A stretch of DNA of 43,248 nucleotides from a virus: the UHGV virus genome UHGV-0191121. One strand, given 5' to 3'. Each line of letters opens with the position of its first letter. Within the stretch, counting starts at the first letter, position 1. Made by a program: the position numbers and the translations under genes. The notes below the pieces were generated by a model. The model was not told the origin of the DNA. It saw only the letters and a program-made list of their open reading frames with translations, and searched no databases. Below are positions 8,650 to 17,100 of the stretch, piece after piece.

Positions 8650-8857
8650 AGAAAATAAGAAAGAAATTGCTAATAGAATCAAACAAATAAGATTACAAAG
8701 AAATTTTGATATAAACGAATTCGGTGCAATCTTGTATGTATCTCCTTTCTCTATAAAACAATGGGAAGAAGGCAAAAGAATTCCTAATCTTGAAAAAATA
8801 AAATTGATAGCATTCATATTCAAAACAACACCTGAATGGCTATTGTACGGGGAGTGA
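8627..8857 (+). CDS. Small XRE-family HTH regulator
   Basis: EIANRIKQIRLQRNFDINEFGAILYVSPFSIKQWEEGKRIPNLEKI, a typical HTH_3. Confidence 0.6.
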   Translation: MNSRVITKENKKEIANRIKQIRLQRNFDINEFGAILYVSPFSIKQWEEGKRIPNLEKIKLIAFIFKTTPEWLLYGE

Positions 8858-8862
8858 AAAAG

Positions 8863-9591
8863 ATGGCGATCTTTAGAACGATAAAAGAAAGCGGGGATTT
8901 CGTAACAGTCCATAAAGCTTTTGTTTTTGATAATAAGTTGAGTGCCAAAGCAAAAGGGATACTACTTTACTTCTTAAGTAGACCTGATAATTGGCAAATA
9001 TACACATCGGAAGTAGTTAAGCATATGAACGACGGTCAGAAATCTATAAACAGTGGCATACAAGAGTTAATAAAAAGTAAGTATGTTCATAGAATACAAA
9101 AAAGGACTGACAATGGCATTTTTAATGGGTACGAATACTTAGTTTATGAAAAGCCAACCGAAATGCCATTTTCGGCAAACGGATTATCGGCAAACGGAAA
9201 AACGGAAAACCGAAAAGGGCAAACTACTAATAATAATAGTACTAATAATGATTTAACTAATAATAAAAACACTAATAATGTGACAGACGAGACATCAAAA
9301 TTATTCCAATATATTAGTAATAACTTAGAAATCATACAAAATCCATTAAAAGCACAACAACTAGAAGAAGCTATAAAGGATTTTAAAGATAACAAACTAG
9401 AGATCGTTACTGTAGCTACTGATTACTGCAGAGAAAATAGCAAAGGTGTTAACTACCTTATCAAAGTATTAGAAAACTGGAATAAAGACGGTGTCAATAC
9501 TAAAGAAAAAGCAATATCTAAGATTAAACCTAGAAACAATAAAGAAGATGATTACCTAGCTAAGAAGAAACAGGAACTATTAGGAGGTTAG
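8863..9591 (+). CDS. Replication initiation / replisome organiser (winged-helix N-terminus + DnaD-like C-terminal domain)
   Basis: N-terminal FVTVHKAFVFDNKLSAKAKGILLYFLS... C-terminal YLIKVLENWNKDGVNTKEKA (DnaB_2/DnaD-like). Asn-rich linker. Start chosen after the XRE stop. Confidence 0.7.
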   Translation: MAIFRTIKESGDFVTVHKAFVFDNKLSAKAKGILLYFLSRPDNWQIYTSEVVKHMNDGQKSINSGIQELIKSKYVHRIQKRTDNGIFNGYEYLVYEKPTEMPFSANGLSANGKTENRKGQTTNNNSTNNDLTNNKNTNNVTDETSKLFQYISNNLEIIQNPLKAQQLEEAIKDFKDNKLEIVTVATDYCRENSKGVNYLIKVLENWNKDGVNTKEKAISKIKPRNNKEDDYLAKKKQELLGG

Positions 9592-9596
9592 ACATT

Positions 9597-9950
9597 ATGT
9601 CAATGACTGAACTGGAGGCAATTGAAATATTAGAGTTAATAAATAATGTCTACGATATGAAATTCAATAAAATTAAGTACAACCTTTGGGTAGAACAACT
9701 CACACAATATGGGGATTTCGACAGAACACTACACAAAACAAAGAAATATGTTAGAGAAAGTCGTTATAAACCTACGATTGCACAAATTATTGATCGCAAA
9801 CCACCAGAAATGAAAAGCGCAGTGATACCAGAAGAACAGACTGATAAATATAGAATGCAGCACGATAAAGAGTTTAGAGAGAGAAGGCAACAATTAAGAA
9901 AACAATGGCAAAAGATGAAAGAGGATTGGGGGTTAGATGATGAGTATTGA
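9597..9950 (+). CDS. Hypothetical protein between initiator and helicase (possible helicase-loading accessory)
   Basis: 117 aa, basic C-terminus. Positional inference only. Confidence 0.4.
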   Translation: MSMTELEAIEILELINNVYDMKFNKIKYNLWVEQLTQYGDFDRTLHKTKKYVRESRYKPTIAQIIDRKPPEMKSAVIPEEQTDKYRMQHDKEFRERRQQLRKQWQKMKEDWGLDDEY

Positions 9951-11187
9951 TGTGTTGAGTACCGAAGAATCTATTATATCTAACCTTATGCGTAACCCAG
10001 AGTTACTAAGTAAATTCAGATTGAAACCTGAAATGTTTACTGATGAAAAATTAAGAGTGTTCATTGAGTATGCACTAGAGCAAGGGAAGGTCGATGTAAA
10101 CCAAATCTACTTTAAAAGTCGTGATGATAATGAATTTATATCTACTGACCGATTAGGTCGTTTATACAACTCAGATGGCACTGACAAGGCATTTTTTATG
10201 GACGACCAATTGAACCTATTACAAGAATATGTTTTGTCACAAGCTCGTGAGAAGCTCACAGAGTATCAATCAATGCCGAGTAAAGAAAATTTTAATTATC
10301 TGGTAGAGGAATTAGAGAAATTAAAAGGTATGACAATAAAAAAAGCAGACGCTACTGATAGTTTTCTAGCTGAAGTTGTAGAAAATATTTTATCTGATGA
10401 ACCAAAACAATTTGTTAAAACTGGTATTGCTTCTATAGATAACAAAATCATTGGTTTTGAACCAGGTCAGTTGAATGTATTAGGTGCAAGACCTTCGTTA
10501 GGTAAAACTTCTCTTGCATTAACGATGATGTGGAATATCGCGCAGCGTGGGTACCCTACAACGTTCTTTAGTTTAGAAACTGGAGGTAACAATATCGTTG
10601 AGAGATTAGTTGCAACAATAACAAATATTCCACTATCTAAAATTAAGCAAGGCAATGGATTAAATGATGATGAAGTTTCATCGGTAATGTCTGCTATAGA
10701 TCAAATTAAAAAATGTAATTCTTTAAAGATTGAGGACCAAGCACAAATGACACCGCAAGATGTTCGAGAAGTTGCTTCGCAGAAAACAGATAAACCTCAC
10801 GTTATATTTATTGATTATCTTACACTCATGCAATCAGATGTACCTCAACGTGATAGACGGTTAGAAGTTGAAAAGATTTCTCGTGATTTAAAAATTATAG
10901 CTAAAGAAACAGGTTGTATCATTATCGCACTATCTCAATTAAGTAGAGGTGTAGAAAGTCGTAGTGATAAGCGTCCGATGATGTCTGATTTAAGAGAAGC
11001 AGGAGGAATTGAGCAAGACGCGAATATGATTTTCTTCTTATACCGTGACGATTATTACGACCAAGACCAACAAGACAACATTACAGGCAAGTCGGAAATT
11101 GAATTCATTATTTCTAAAAATAAAGACGGAGAAACAGGGGTGGCACACCTTGATTTCTACAAGAAAACGCAGAGGTTTTATGGATGA
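9937..11187 (+). CDS. DnaB-family replicative DNA helicase
   Basis: Walker A GARPSLGKTSLAL, Walker B IFIDYL, RecA-like C-terminal domain and N-terminal DnaB domain. Confidence 0.9.
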   Translation: MMSIDVLSTEESIISNLMRNPELLSKFRLKPEMFTDEKLRVFIEYALEQGKVDVNQIYFKSRDDNEFISTDRLGRLYNSDGTDKAFFMDDQLNLLQEYVLSQAREKLTEYQSMPSKENFNYLVEELEKLKGMTIKKADATDSFLAEVVENILSDEPKQFVKTGIASIDNKIIGFEPGQLNVLGARPSLGKTSLALTMMWNIAQRGYPTTFFSLETGGNNIVERLVATITNIPLSKIKQGNGLNDDEVSSVMSAIDQIKKCNSLKIEDQAQMTPQDVREVASQKTDKPHVIFIDYLTLMQSDVPQRDRRLEVEKISRDLKIIAKETGCIIIALSQLSRGVESRSDKRPMMSDLREAGGIEQDANMIFFLYRDDYYDQDQQDNITGKSEIEFIISKNKDGETGVAHLDFYKKTQRFYG

Positions 11188-11405
11188 AAGTTTATGAGTA
11201 TCAGCAACTTTTAGGTTTTATGTATCGAGAGGATTATAAAGAAGATCCGACCATAGCCAAAATATTAATTGAGTCTGGGTGGGCAGTTAAAAGGCTGCTT
11301 GATACTAGAACCATTAAACCCTTTGACGATTATGAAGAAGTGAAAGAGTTAATCATGAATGAAACGAAGTGGAGGCAACCAGATGGGACTTATCGACGGA
11401 CTTAA
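11184..11405 (+). CDS. Hypothetical phage protein
   Basis: ORF, coupled stop/start ATGA. Confidence 0.45.
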   Translation: MKVYEYQQLLGFMYREDYKEDPTIAKILIESGWAVKRLLDTRTIKPFDDYEEVKELIMNETKWRQPDGTYRRT

Positions 11406-11628
11406 AAACCAATACACGTTATATCAGATTGACGGTTGGAAGATGTGCAGTGTAACGCCGTTAGGAGAAGATACATTCAAACTAGGTAACTATGCAGGCA
11501 TACACTTTAGAAACACATTCTCAGGAACAGTAACGAAAGATGAACTAGAAAAACTGAAACGCAAACATAAGCTTTTCAGAAAAGAAGAATTGCAACAACA
11601 GATGACAATTAACGAATTATTATTTTGA
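11383..11628 (+). CDS. Hypothetical phage protein
   Basis: ORF from MGLIDGLKNQ... Start uncertain. Confidence 0.4.
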   Translation: MGLIDGLKNQYTLYQIDGWKMCSVTPLGEDTFKLGNYAGIHFRNTFSGTVTKDELEKLKRKHKLFRKEELQQQMTINELLF

Positions 11629-11637
11629 GGTGGAGTT

Positions 11638-12054
11638 TTGAGTAAATACAATTCTAAAAAAGTTGAATATAAAGGTTTTGTGTTCGATAGCAAAATTGAA
11701 TGCGACTACTACCAATATTTAGAACGTAACTTGGGCAATGAATATGATCATATCGAATTACAACCTAGATATGAGTTGATACCTAAGTTTGATAAACAAC
11801 GTAAAACAGAATATATAGCCGACTTTGCATTATGGAAAAATAACAAGCTGCTTGAAGTGATAGACGTCAAAGGAATGCCAACAGAAGTAGCAAAGTTGAA
11901 AGCGAAGATATTCAGATATCAAAACAGAGAAGTACCACTCACATGGATATGTAAAGCGCCTAAATACACAGGTCAAGAGTGGATAACGTATGACGAACTA
12001 ATTAAGGTACGCAGAAAGCGTAAAAAGGAGAAGATGAAGAATGGCAAAGGTTAA
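11638..12054 (+). CDS. DUF1064-like phage protein (possible PD-(D/E)xK-type nuclease fold)
   Basis: TTG start with RBS GAGGTGGAG. KKVEYKGFVFDSKIECDYYQYL ... YIADFALW ... EVIDVKG pattern. Confidence 0.5.
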   Translation: MSKYNSKKVEYKGFVFDSKIECDYYQYLERNLGNEYDHIELQPRYELIPKFDKQRKTEYIADFALWKNNKLLEVIDVKGMPTEVAKLKAKIFRYQNREVPLTWICKAPKYTGQEWITYDELIKVRRKRKKEKMKNGKG

Positions 12055-12415
12055 AGTTGAGAAGAAAATGAACTTATTAGAATTGATTGATTGGGCTTGG
12101 AAGAATGGAGTTAAAGAAAAAGCATTTTATAGCAATATTGACGGAGGTTCTGTGTATTTTGACATGGTACAAACAGTTTCTGTAGAGCATTCAATTGGCA
12201 AAGATGAAACTTTCACAGTGGAAGTTGAAGAAGAGCTTACAGAAGGTACAAAAATCTCAGAAATGCTTGAGATATTTCAAGATAATAATGGAACGCAATG
12301 GTTCGGGGATTCTATTGAACAAGTAAAAGATGACTTTAGTAGAGAATTCTGGTTAAAAGACGGAGACACAATGACACTCATCTGGAAAGATGGCGAATTG
12401 GTAGGTGATGAGTGA
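12041..12415 (+). CDS. Acidic hypothetical protein
   Basis: 124 aa, highly acidic (E/D-rich). Confidence 0.45.
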   Translation: MAKVKVEKKMNLLELIDWAWKNGVKEKAFYSNIDGGSVYFDMVQTVSVEHSIGKDETFTVEVEEELTEGTKISEMLEIFQDNNGTQWFGDSIEQVKDDFSREFWLKDGDTMTLIWKDGELVGDE

Positions 12416-12607
12416 ATGGTTAACAGAGAAGAAACAATCACAGTCGAAGCAACAATGAAAGTTAGATGTAAGTATCCAGTTTGGGTAAACAATCAAATTA
12501 CTGCAAGTGATGAAAAGGAACGCATTTTAGATTTAATCAGTAACAACCCTGACAAAGAGTTGATGAACGAAGATTTTGAACTAGTTGAATTAATAGAGGT
12601 GGAGTAA
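12416..12607 (+). CDS. Small acidic hypothetical protein
   Basis: 63 aa. Start overlaps the previous stop (TGAATGG). Confidence 0.4.
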   Translation: MVNREETITVEATMKVRCKYPVWVNNQITASDEKERILDLISNNPDKELMNEDFELVELIEVE

Positions 12608-13021
12608 ATGGAATTAGCAAAGAATAGAACGATTGAATTTAAAAATAATAGATTATATTACGTTGTAAAAACTGAAGAACAGAAACACTTATTGCCAGTT
12701 GAAGATGTACACGAAGCTGAATATACAGGAACACCATGGAAACTTATTGTAAGACGTATTAAGTATTCTGGTTACAGTCCTGAAGAAGCTTTATTCGAAG
12801 ATTATAACGAACAAGATACAGAAGCAAAAGAGAGAAAACGACTATCTCAATTAGAACATGAGGACAGAATGAGGTTAGTTAGATTAGAACGACAAAAAGA
12901 ACTTAATCTAAGACGTAAGAAACCTCACTTGTTCGAAGTGCCTCAAAAACATTCTCGCAGCGAATGGTGTAAGTACCTTATGGAGAACGACATATTCCCT
13001 AGAAAGGTGGTTGGATCATGA
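12608..13021 (+). CDS. Hypothetical phage protein
   Basis: 137 aa ORF with RBS GAGGTGGAG. Confidence 0.45.
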   Translation: MELAKNRTIEFKNNRLYYVVKTEEQKHLLPVEDVHEAEYTGTPWKLIVRRIKYSGYSPEEALFEDYNEQDTEAKERKRLSQLEHEDRMRLVRLERQKELNLRRKKPHLFEVPQKHSRSEWCKYLMENDIFPRKVVGS

Positions 13022-13485
13022 GTATTAAAGATTTGAATAGAGGCGATAGAATCAGAATGCAAGAAGTTAATGGTGATGAAATTACAGTGCAAATAGAAGG
13101 TGTATATCGTTTAACTGGGTCAAAAACTGAGCCAAAAACTGGGTCAAATCTTGCTATAGATAAATGGCTTGCTGATGTAGAAGCAATTGACGGGAGAACT
13201 TGGACTATTGATGATAGTTACGATTTTTACTCATTACCTGATGAAAATGAAGAAACTAAAAAGACATTAGATGACAAGGTTAACCACCCGTCGCATTACA
13301 CGTATGGAAAAATAGAAGTAATAAATTTCATAGAACAGGTCACTAAAGATTACAAACCAGAATTATCATTTGCTATTGGTAACGCAATCAAGTATATAAG
13401 TCGAGCTAATCGTAAGAACGGAAAAGAAGATTTAGACAAAGCACGTTGGTATCTAAACAGAGCATTTGAGAAGTGGGAGGGTTAA
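13018..13485 (+). CDS. DUF3310-family phage protein
   Basis: Contains the hallmark VNHPSHYT...IEVINFIE...AIGNAIKYISRA...DLDKARWYL. Confidence 0.6.
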   Translation: MSIKDLNRGDRIRMQEVNGDEITVQIEGVYRLTGSKTEPKTGSNLAIDKWLADVEAIDGRTWTIDDSYDFYSLPDENEETKKTLDDKVNHPSHYTYGKIEVINFIEQVTKDYKPELSFAIGNAIKYISRANRKNGKEDLDKARWYLNRAFEKWEG

Positions 13486-14168
13486 TTATGGTATATATGT
13501 ACGAACCATTTAGCCACACAGTGACTAAGACAGACTTAACTCATTTGCACAACATTACAGGTATTCCACTCAACACACTGTGGTACCAAAAAGAACGTGG
13601 CACATATAACGATAAGCTAAAGTGTTTCTTTACCGACACAATGCCTAGAGTGAATAAGAAACAGGAGTTTAACGAAAGAGTTGTAACAAAAGATGAAATT
13701 TGGAAGTACAGCGAGAAGTACGATCTATACGTAAGTAACTTAGGCAGAATGAAAAGACCTGATGGAAGATACAAGTTTGCGAATGGATGTAACGGTATTT
13801 CCACAGTTATTTATAAAAACAAGAAGTATCGTGCAGCAGATATTGTATATGAAACATTTATCGGTAATTTGAGAAATGGATTACATGCATATCCTAAAGA
13901 CAGTAGATATAACAACCTTACGGCAGATAACTTATTCCAATCTACATTGCAAAAATATAGAGTGTATCGCAGAAATAAAGGCGTATCTAAACCAGTATAT
14001 CTAGTAGATAGCGACAACAAAATTGTAGAAGAATTTGCAAGTACAGTAGAAGCTGGAAAAGTATTATTCATAGACAGACGAAACATTGCTAGAAAGTGCA
14101 ACCGTAAACATGTAAGTGACGGATTGATGTATATGTGGGCAGACGAATACGAGAAGATGAACGCATGA
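13473..14168 (+). CDS. NUMOD4/HNH_3-like homing-endonuclease-related protein, apparently degenerate, with a C-terminal IENR/NUMOD1-like DNA-binding segment
   Basis: YVSNLGRMKRPDGRYKF...NGCNGISTVIYKNKKYRAADIVYETFIGN (NUMOD4-like). LHAYPKDSRYNNLTADNL in place of the canonical HHKDGNKxNNxxxNL. VYLVDSDNKIVEEFASTVEAGK (IENR-like). Confidence 0.45.
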   Translation: MGGLIMVYMYEPFSHTVTKTDLTHLHNITGIPLNTLWYQKERGTYNDKLKCFFTDTMPRVNKKQEFNERVVTKDEIWKYSEKYDLYVSNLGRMKRPDGRYKFANGCNGISTVIYKNKKYRAADIVYETFIGNLRNGLHAYPKDSRYNNLTADNLFQSTLQKYRVYRRNKGVSKPVYLVDSDNKIVEEFASTVEAGKVLFIDRRNIARKCNRKHVSDGLMYMWADEYEKMNA

Positions 14169-14350
14169 TACTATCCGACACAATCAACCAAAGATATAGA
14201 TACAACACACAAGGTAAGACACCTACAGAGATACAGCAGGAGTTACGACAGATAGGTGTTAAAGGCTTTGTGGTTAAGGTAGCAGGAAACAGAGTGACGA
14301 TGAAAGTTAGTGAGAACGATATTAAAAAGAACAGGGAGTGTTTGAGATGA
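14165..14350 (+). CDS. Small hypothetical protein
   Basis: ATGA overlap with the upstream gene. 61 aa. Confidence 0.35.
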   Translation: MILSDTINQRYRYNTQGKTPTEIQQELRQIGVKGFVVKVAGNRVTMKVSENDIKKNRECLR

Positions 14351-14715
14351 TACCTAAATTTAGAGTTTGGGATAAAACTAATAAAGAAATGCTCGAGTGG
14401 GAAGAATTAGATTTTACAAAAGAACGTGGCGAAGATGAAATAACTATATTTGAACCAACAGGACAATTTGCACATCCTATATTTTTCTATGACGCTATGC
14501 AATCAACAGGCTTGAAAGATAATGATGGTATCGAGTTTTATGAAAAAGATATTGTTAGAAATATTGATAGTGAAGAATTAGGTGTAGTTGAGTATGACGA
14601 AGGTCAATTTCGTGTGAGTTATAACGGTGTGTCAGAACAATTGTGGGAAATTGATAAAGATTTACAAATCATCGGCAACATCTATGAAAAACCAGAGTTA
14701 TTGGAGGATAACTAA
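14338..14715 (+). CDS. YopX-family phage protein
   Basis: KFRVWDKTNKEM ... MQSTGLKDNDGIEFYEKDIV ... IIGNIYEKPELLE matches the YopX signature. Confidence 0.7.
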   Translation: MFEMIPKFRVWDKTNKEMLEWEELDFTKERGEDEITIFEPTGQFAHPIFFYDAMQSTGLKDNDGIEFYEKDIVRNIDSEELGVVEYDEGQFRVSYNGVSEQLWEIDKDLQIIGNIYEKPELLEDN

Positions 14716-15060
14716 TTGGACATCAACAACTTATACACCTACAAAGCAACATGCACCAATGTAGTTGACGGGGATACTTTGGATATCTTACTGGACTGTG
14801 GCTTTGATACCTATGCTAAACGTCGCGTACGTTTGCTAGGTGTCGATACGCCAGAGAGAGGACAAGAGAATTATAAAGAAGCAACAGCATTAACTAGATC
14901 ATGTGTAGAAAATAAAGATATATACGTTCAGACCTACAAGAGCGATGTGTTCGGTAGGTATCTCGCTAATGTGTGGTACGAGGACGGGAAACGTAGTTTG
15001 AATGATGAGTTAAGAAATGCAGGGCTATTGAAAGAGAATTCTAAATGGAATGAGGGATAA
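14716..15060 (+). CDS. Staphylococcal-nuclease-like (SNase/thermonuclease fold) protein
   Basis: VVDGDTLDI...RVRLLGVDTPE...GRYLA, the SNase catalytic core motif. TTG start. Confidence 0.6.
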   Translation: MDINNLYTYKATCTNVVDGDTLDILLDCGFDTYAKRRVRLLGVDTPERGQENYKEATALTRSCVENKDIYVQTYKSDVFGRYLANVWYEDGKRSLNDELRNAGLLKENSKWNEG

Positions 15061-15063
15061 GGA

Positions 15064-15294
15064 ATGGCAGAAGTTAAGTTATCACAAGAAAGTTATGATG
15101 AATTGTTAAAAGATATAAAAGCATTGAGATTACAAGCAGATACTTATTTTGAACAATGGCAAGATGCTAAAAAGAAAGCAGAGGCGTTTGATGAGATATT
15201 GGAGATAACAGAGGAAGATTGTTGGGCGGAAGATTTTGCAGTTTATATATCTCAAGTCATCGATAAATATAAGGAGGTCGACTATGAGGGATAA
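15064..15294 (+). CDS. Small highly acidic hypothetical protein
   Basis: 76 aa, E/D-rich (EITEEDCWAEDFAVY). Confidence 0.45.
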   Translation: MAEVKLSQESYDELLKDIKALRLQADTYFEQWQDAKKKAEAFDEILEITEEDCWAEDFAVYISQVIDKYKEVDYEG

Positions 15295-15335
15295 AGATTA
15301 TAAACATGATTTATTAAGTGATTTGGAGGCTTGCA

Positions 15336-15515
15336 ATGGACAATAGAGAGTTTATCCAACGCTGCATAGTATCATCTACAGCTTTTACAGGGCATGATGG
15401 GTGTTTGTTAATCAAAGAGCTTAACGAGGTGTATCGCAAAGCAGAGTTGTACGACAGGATTGTGGAAAGTAATTCGAAAAGTTTAGTTAAAAATGGAGGG
15501 CATGTAAATGAGTAA
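15336..15515 (+). CDS. Small hypothetical protein
   Basis: ATG with GGAGG 8 nt upstream. 59 aa. Confidence 0.35.
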   Translation: MDNREFIQRCIVSSTAFTGHDGCLLIKELNEVYRKAELYDRIVESNSKSLVKNGGHVNE

Positions 15516-16011
15516 GAAATTAGAAATTAAATTATTATCAGAAAACGCGACTATGCCGAAGAGAGATAGATTAGATGCTGGGTACGATATATATTCAGCA
15601 GAAACAATAATACTTGAGCCACAGGAGAAAGCAGTAATTAAAACAGATGTAGCAGTAAATATTCCAGAGGGGTATGTAGGGCTATTAACGTCAAGAAGTG
15701 GTGTAAGTAGCAAGACACATTTAGTGATTGAGACTGGCAAAATTGATGCAGGCTTTCAGGGTAATCTAGGGATTAATATTAAGAATGATTGCCAATATTA
15801 TCACAAAGAAGATAATTATTACAAAGATATTAAAGGAGATATTAATTACTCAGATGTACGTTTTGATTTGGGCGCTTATAAAATCAACAAAGGCGACAAA
15901 CTAGCTCAACTGGTCATCGTACCTATTTGGACACCAGAGTTAAAAGAAGTAGAGGAGTTTAGTTATGTGTCAGAGAGAGGGACAGACGGGTTTGGATCAA
16001 CAGGATACTAA
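15508..16011 (+). CDS. dut: Trimeric dUTP pyrophosphatase with a phage-specific insertion (motif VI-like)
   Basis: dUTPase motifs AGYDIYS, LLTSRSGVS, GKIDAGFQGNLGINI, SERGTDGFGSTGY. A ~40-aa insertion (KNDCQYYHKEDNYYKDIKGDINYSDVRFDLGAYKINKG) lies between motifs III and IV. Confidence 0.85.
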   Translation: MSKKLEIKLLSENATMPKRDRLDAGYDIYSAETIILEPQEKAVIKTDVAVNIPEGYVGLLTSRSGVSSKTHLVIETGKIDAGFQGNLGINIKNDCQYYHKEDNYYKDIKGDINYSDVRFDLGAYKINKGDKLAQLVIVPIWTPELKEVEEFSYVSERGTDGFGSTGY

Positions 16012-16047
16012 GGACATATTAGAAAAAGTGAAAGAGGTGTTGGGGAA

Positions 16048-16362
16048 GTGACACAATACCTAATCACAACATTCACTGATTCATCAGGTATACAACACAA
16101 ACATGTAGCAAAGCTTAAGGATAATCAGACGGCAACTGTGGTTAATGCAGAGAGTAAAGAAAAGGCGATGAGGATATATGAGGAGGATAAGATGATTAAA
16201 CGAATATTAAAAATTTGGTTCACTATCGCTATGTATGAGTTAGGTAAATGGATTGGTAGAGAGTTGTATTATAAGTTAACTGCAAACGATGAGGTGGAAG
16301 TGCCTAAGGACTTCGACGAACACGACCACGCTCATTTAAATGGCATATACGGAGGTTATTAA
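16048..16362 (+). CDS. Hypothetical protein with a central hydrophobic segment
   Basis: ORF of 104 aa. IWFTIAMYELGKWIG is a possible TM segment. Confidence 0.4.
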   Translation: MTQYLITTFTDSSGIQHKHVAKLKDNQTATVVNAESKEKAMRIYEEDKMIKRILKIWFTIAMYELGKWIGRELYYKLTANDEVEVPKDFDEHDHAHLNGIYGGY

Positions 16363-16365
16363 ATA

Positions 16366-16566
16366 TTGGGTGAAATTATATATATGATTACAATTATAAC
16401 ATTGTCTATAGTCTTTGTTTTAATGGAGATATTTATAATATATCTTTTTGTTGAAGGAATTAAATACAAGGAATATGTAACGATTGGGTTTTCCGTTACC
16501 ATGTTTTTACTTTCTATCTTGCTATTTTCACACTTTTTATATTTTGGGATTTTAGGAGGTTATTAA
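16366..16566 (+). CDS. Small two-TM membrane protein
   Basis: 66 aa, almost entirely hydrophobic (ITIITLSIVFVLMEIFIIYLFV...FLLSILLFSHFLYFGILGG). Confidence 0.45.
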   Translation: MGEIIYMITIITLSIVFVLMEIFIIYLFVEGIKYKEYVTIGFSVTMFLLSILLFSHFLYFGILGGY

Positions 16567-16567
16567 T

Positions 16568-16966
16568 GTGATTTGGATAAGTTTTTCATCGGTAATAATT
16601 GTGTTAGTACTGTGTATTTTTGCTATATATAAGTGGATTAAAGCAGAGAAAAGAGTTAATGAGTTACAGGAAGATAAACATGGATTGCAATTAGATAAGT
16701 TACATTTAGAAAGAGAGGTATCTTGGTTGAAAAATAAGGATAATAAAAACAACATAGGCAAATACGTGGTTGAGTTAAAAAAAGGAGTATATTTAGTGAA
16801 AAAATATATAGGTAGTTATGGAAACACATGCATAATCACTGACAATGTATTTGAAGCTTTATCTTACGACGATTTATATTCAGCTAAAGAAGATGCATGT
16901 AGTTTTAACGGACGTGTACTAGAACACAAACCTAATTTAGAGGTGGTCAAACAATGTGGGGCGTAA
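16568..16966 (+). CDS. N-terminally membrane-anchored hypothetical protein
   Basis: GTG start. TM segment ISFSSVIIVLVLCIFAIY, then coiled coil, then a Cys-containing C-terminal domain. Confidence 0.45.
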   Translation: MIWISFSSVIIVLVLCIFAIYKWIKAEKRVNELQEDKHGLQLDKLHLEREVSWLKNKDNKNNIGKYVVELKKGVYLVKKYIGSYGNTCIITDNVFEALSYDDLYSAKEDACSFNGRVLEHKPNLEVVKQCGA

Positions 16967-17094
16967 TAGCAATCATTATATTAGTTTTACTACTATTTGG
17001 CTCTATACTTGAACAGAATGATCTAAAACATCAGTTAGAAGTGAAAGAGTATGAGGTTAAAAGACTTAAAGATAAGTTGGAGAATGGAGGGTAA
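16954..17094 (+). CDS. Small single-TM protein (46 aa), not in the ORF track
   Basis: MWGVIAIIILVLLLFGSILEQ... followed by a charged coiled tail. Overlaps the upstream stop. Confidence 0.35.
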   Translation: MWGVIAIIILVLLLFGSILEQNDLKHQLEVKEYEVKRLKDKLENGG

Positions 17095-17100
17095 TATTTA

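Noticed and set aside
9144-9395. Minus-strand 83-aa ORF opposite the DnaD-like gene
   Set aside because: It is antisense to the Asn-rich linker region and low complexity, with no RBS.
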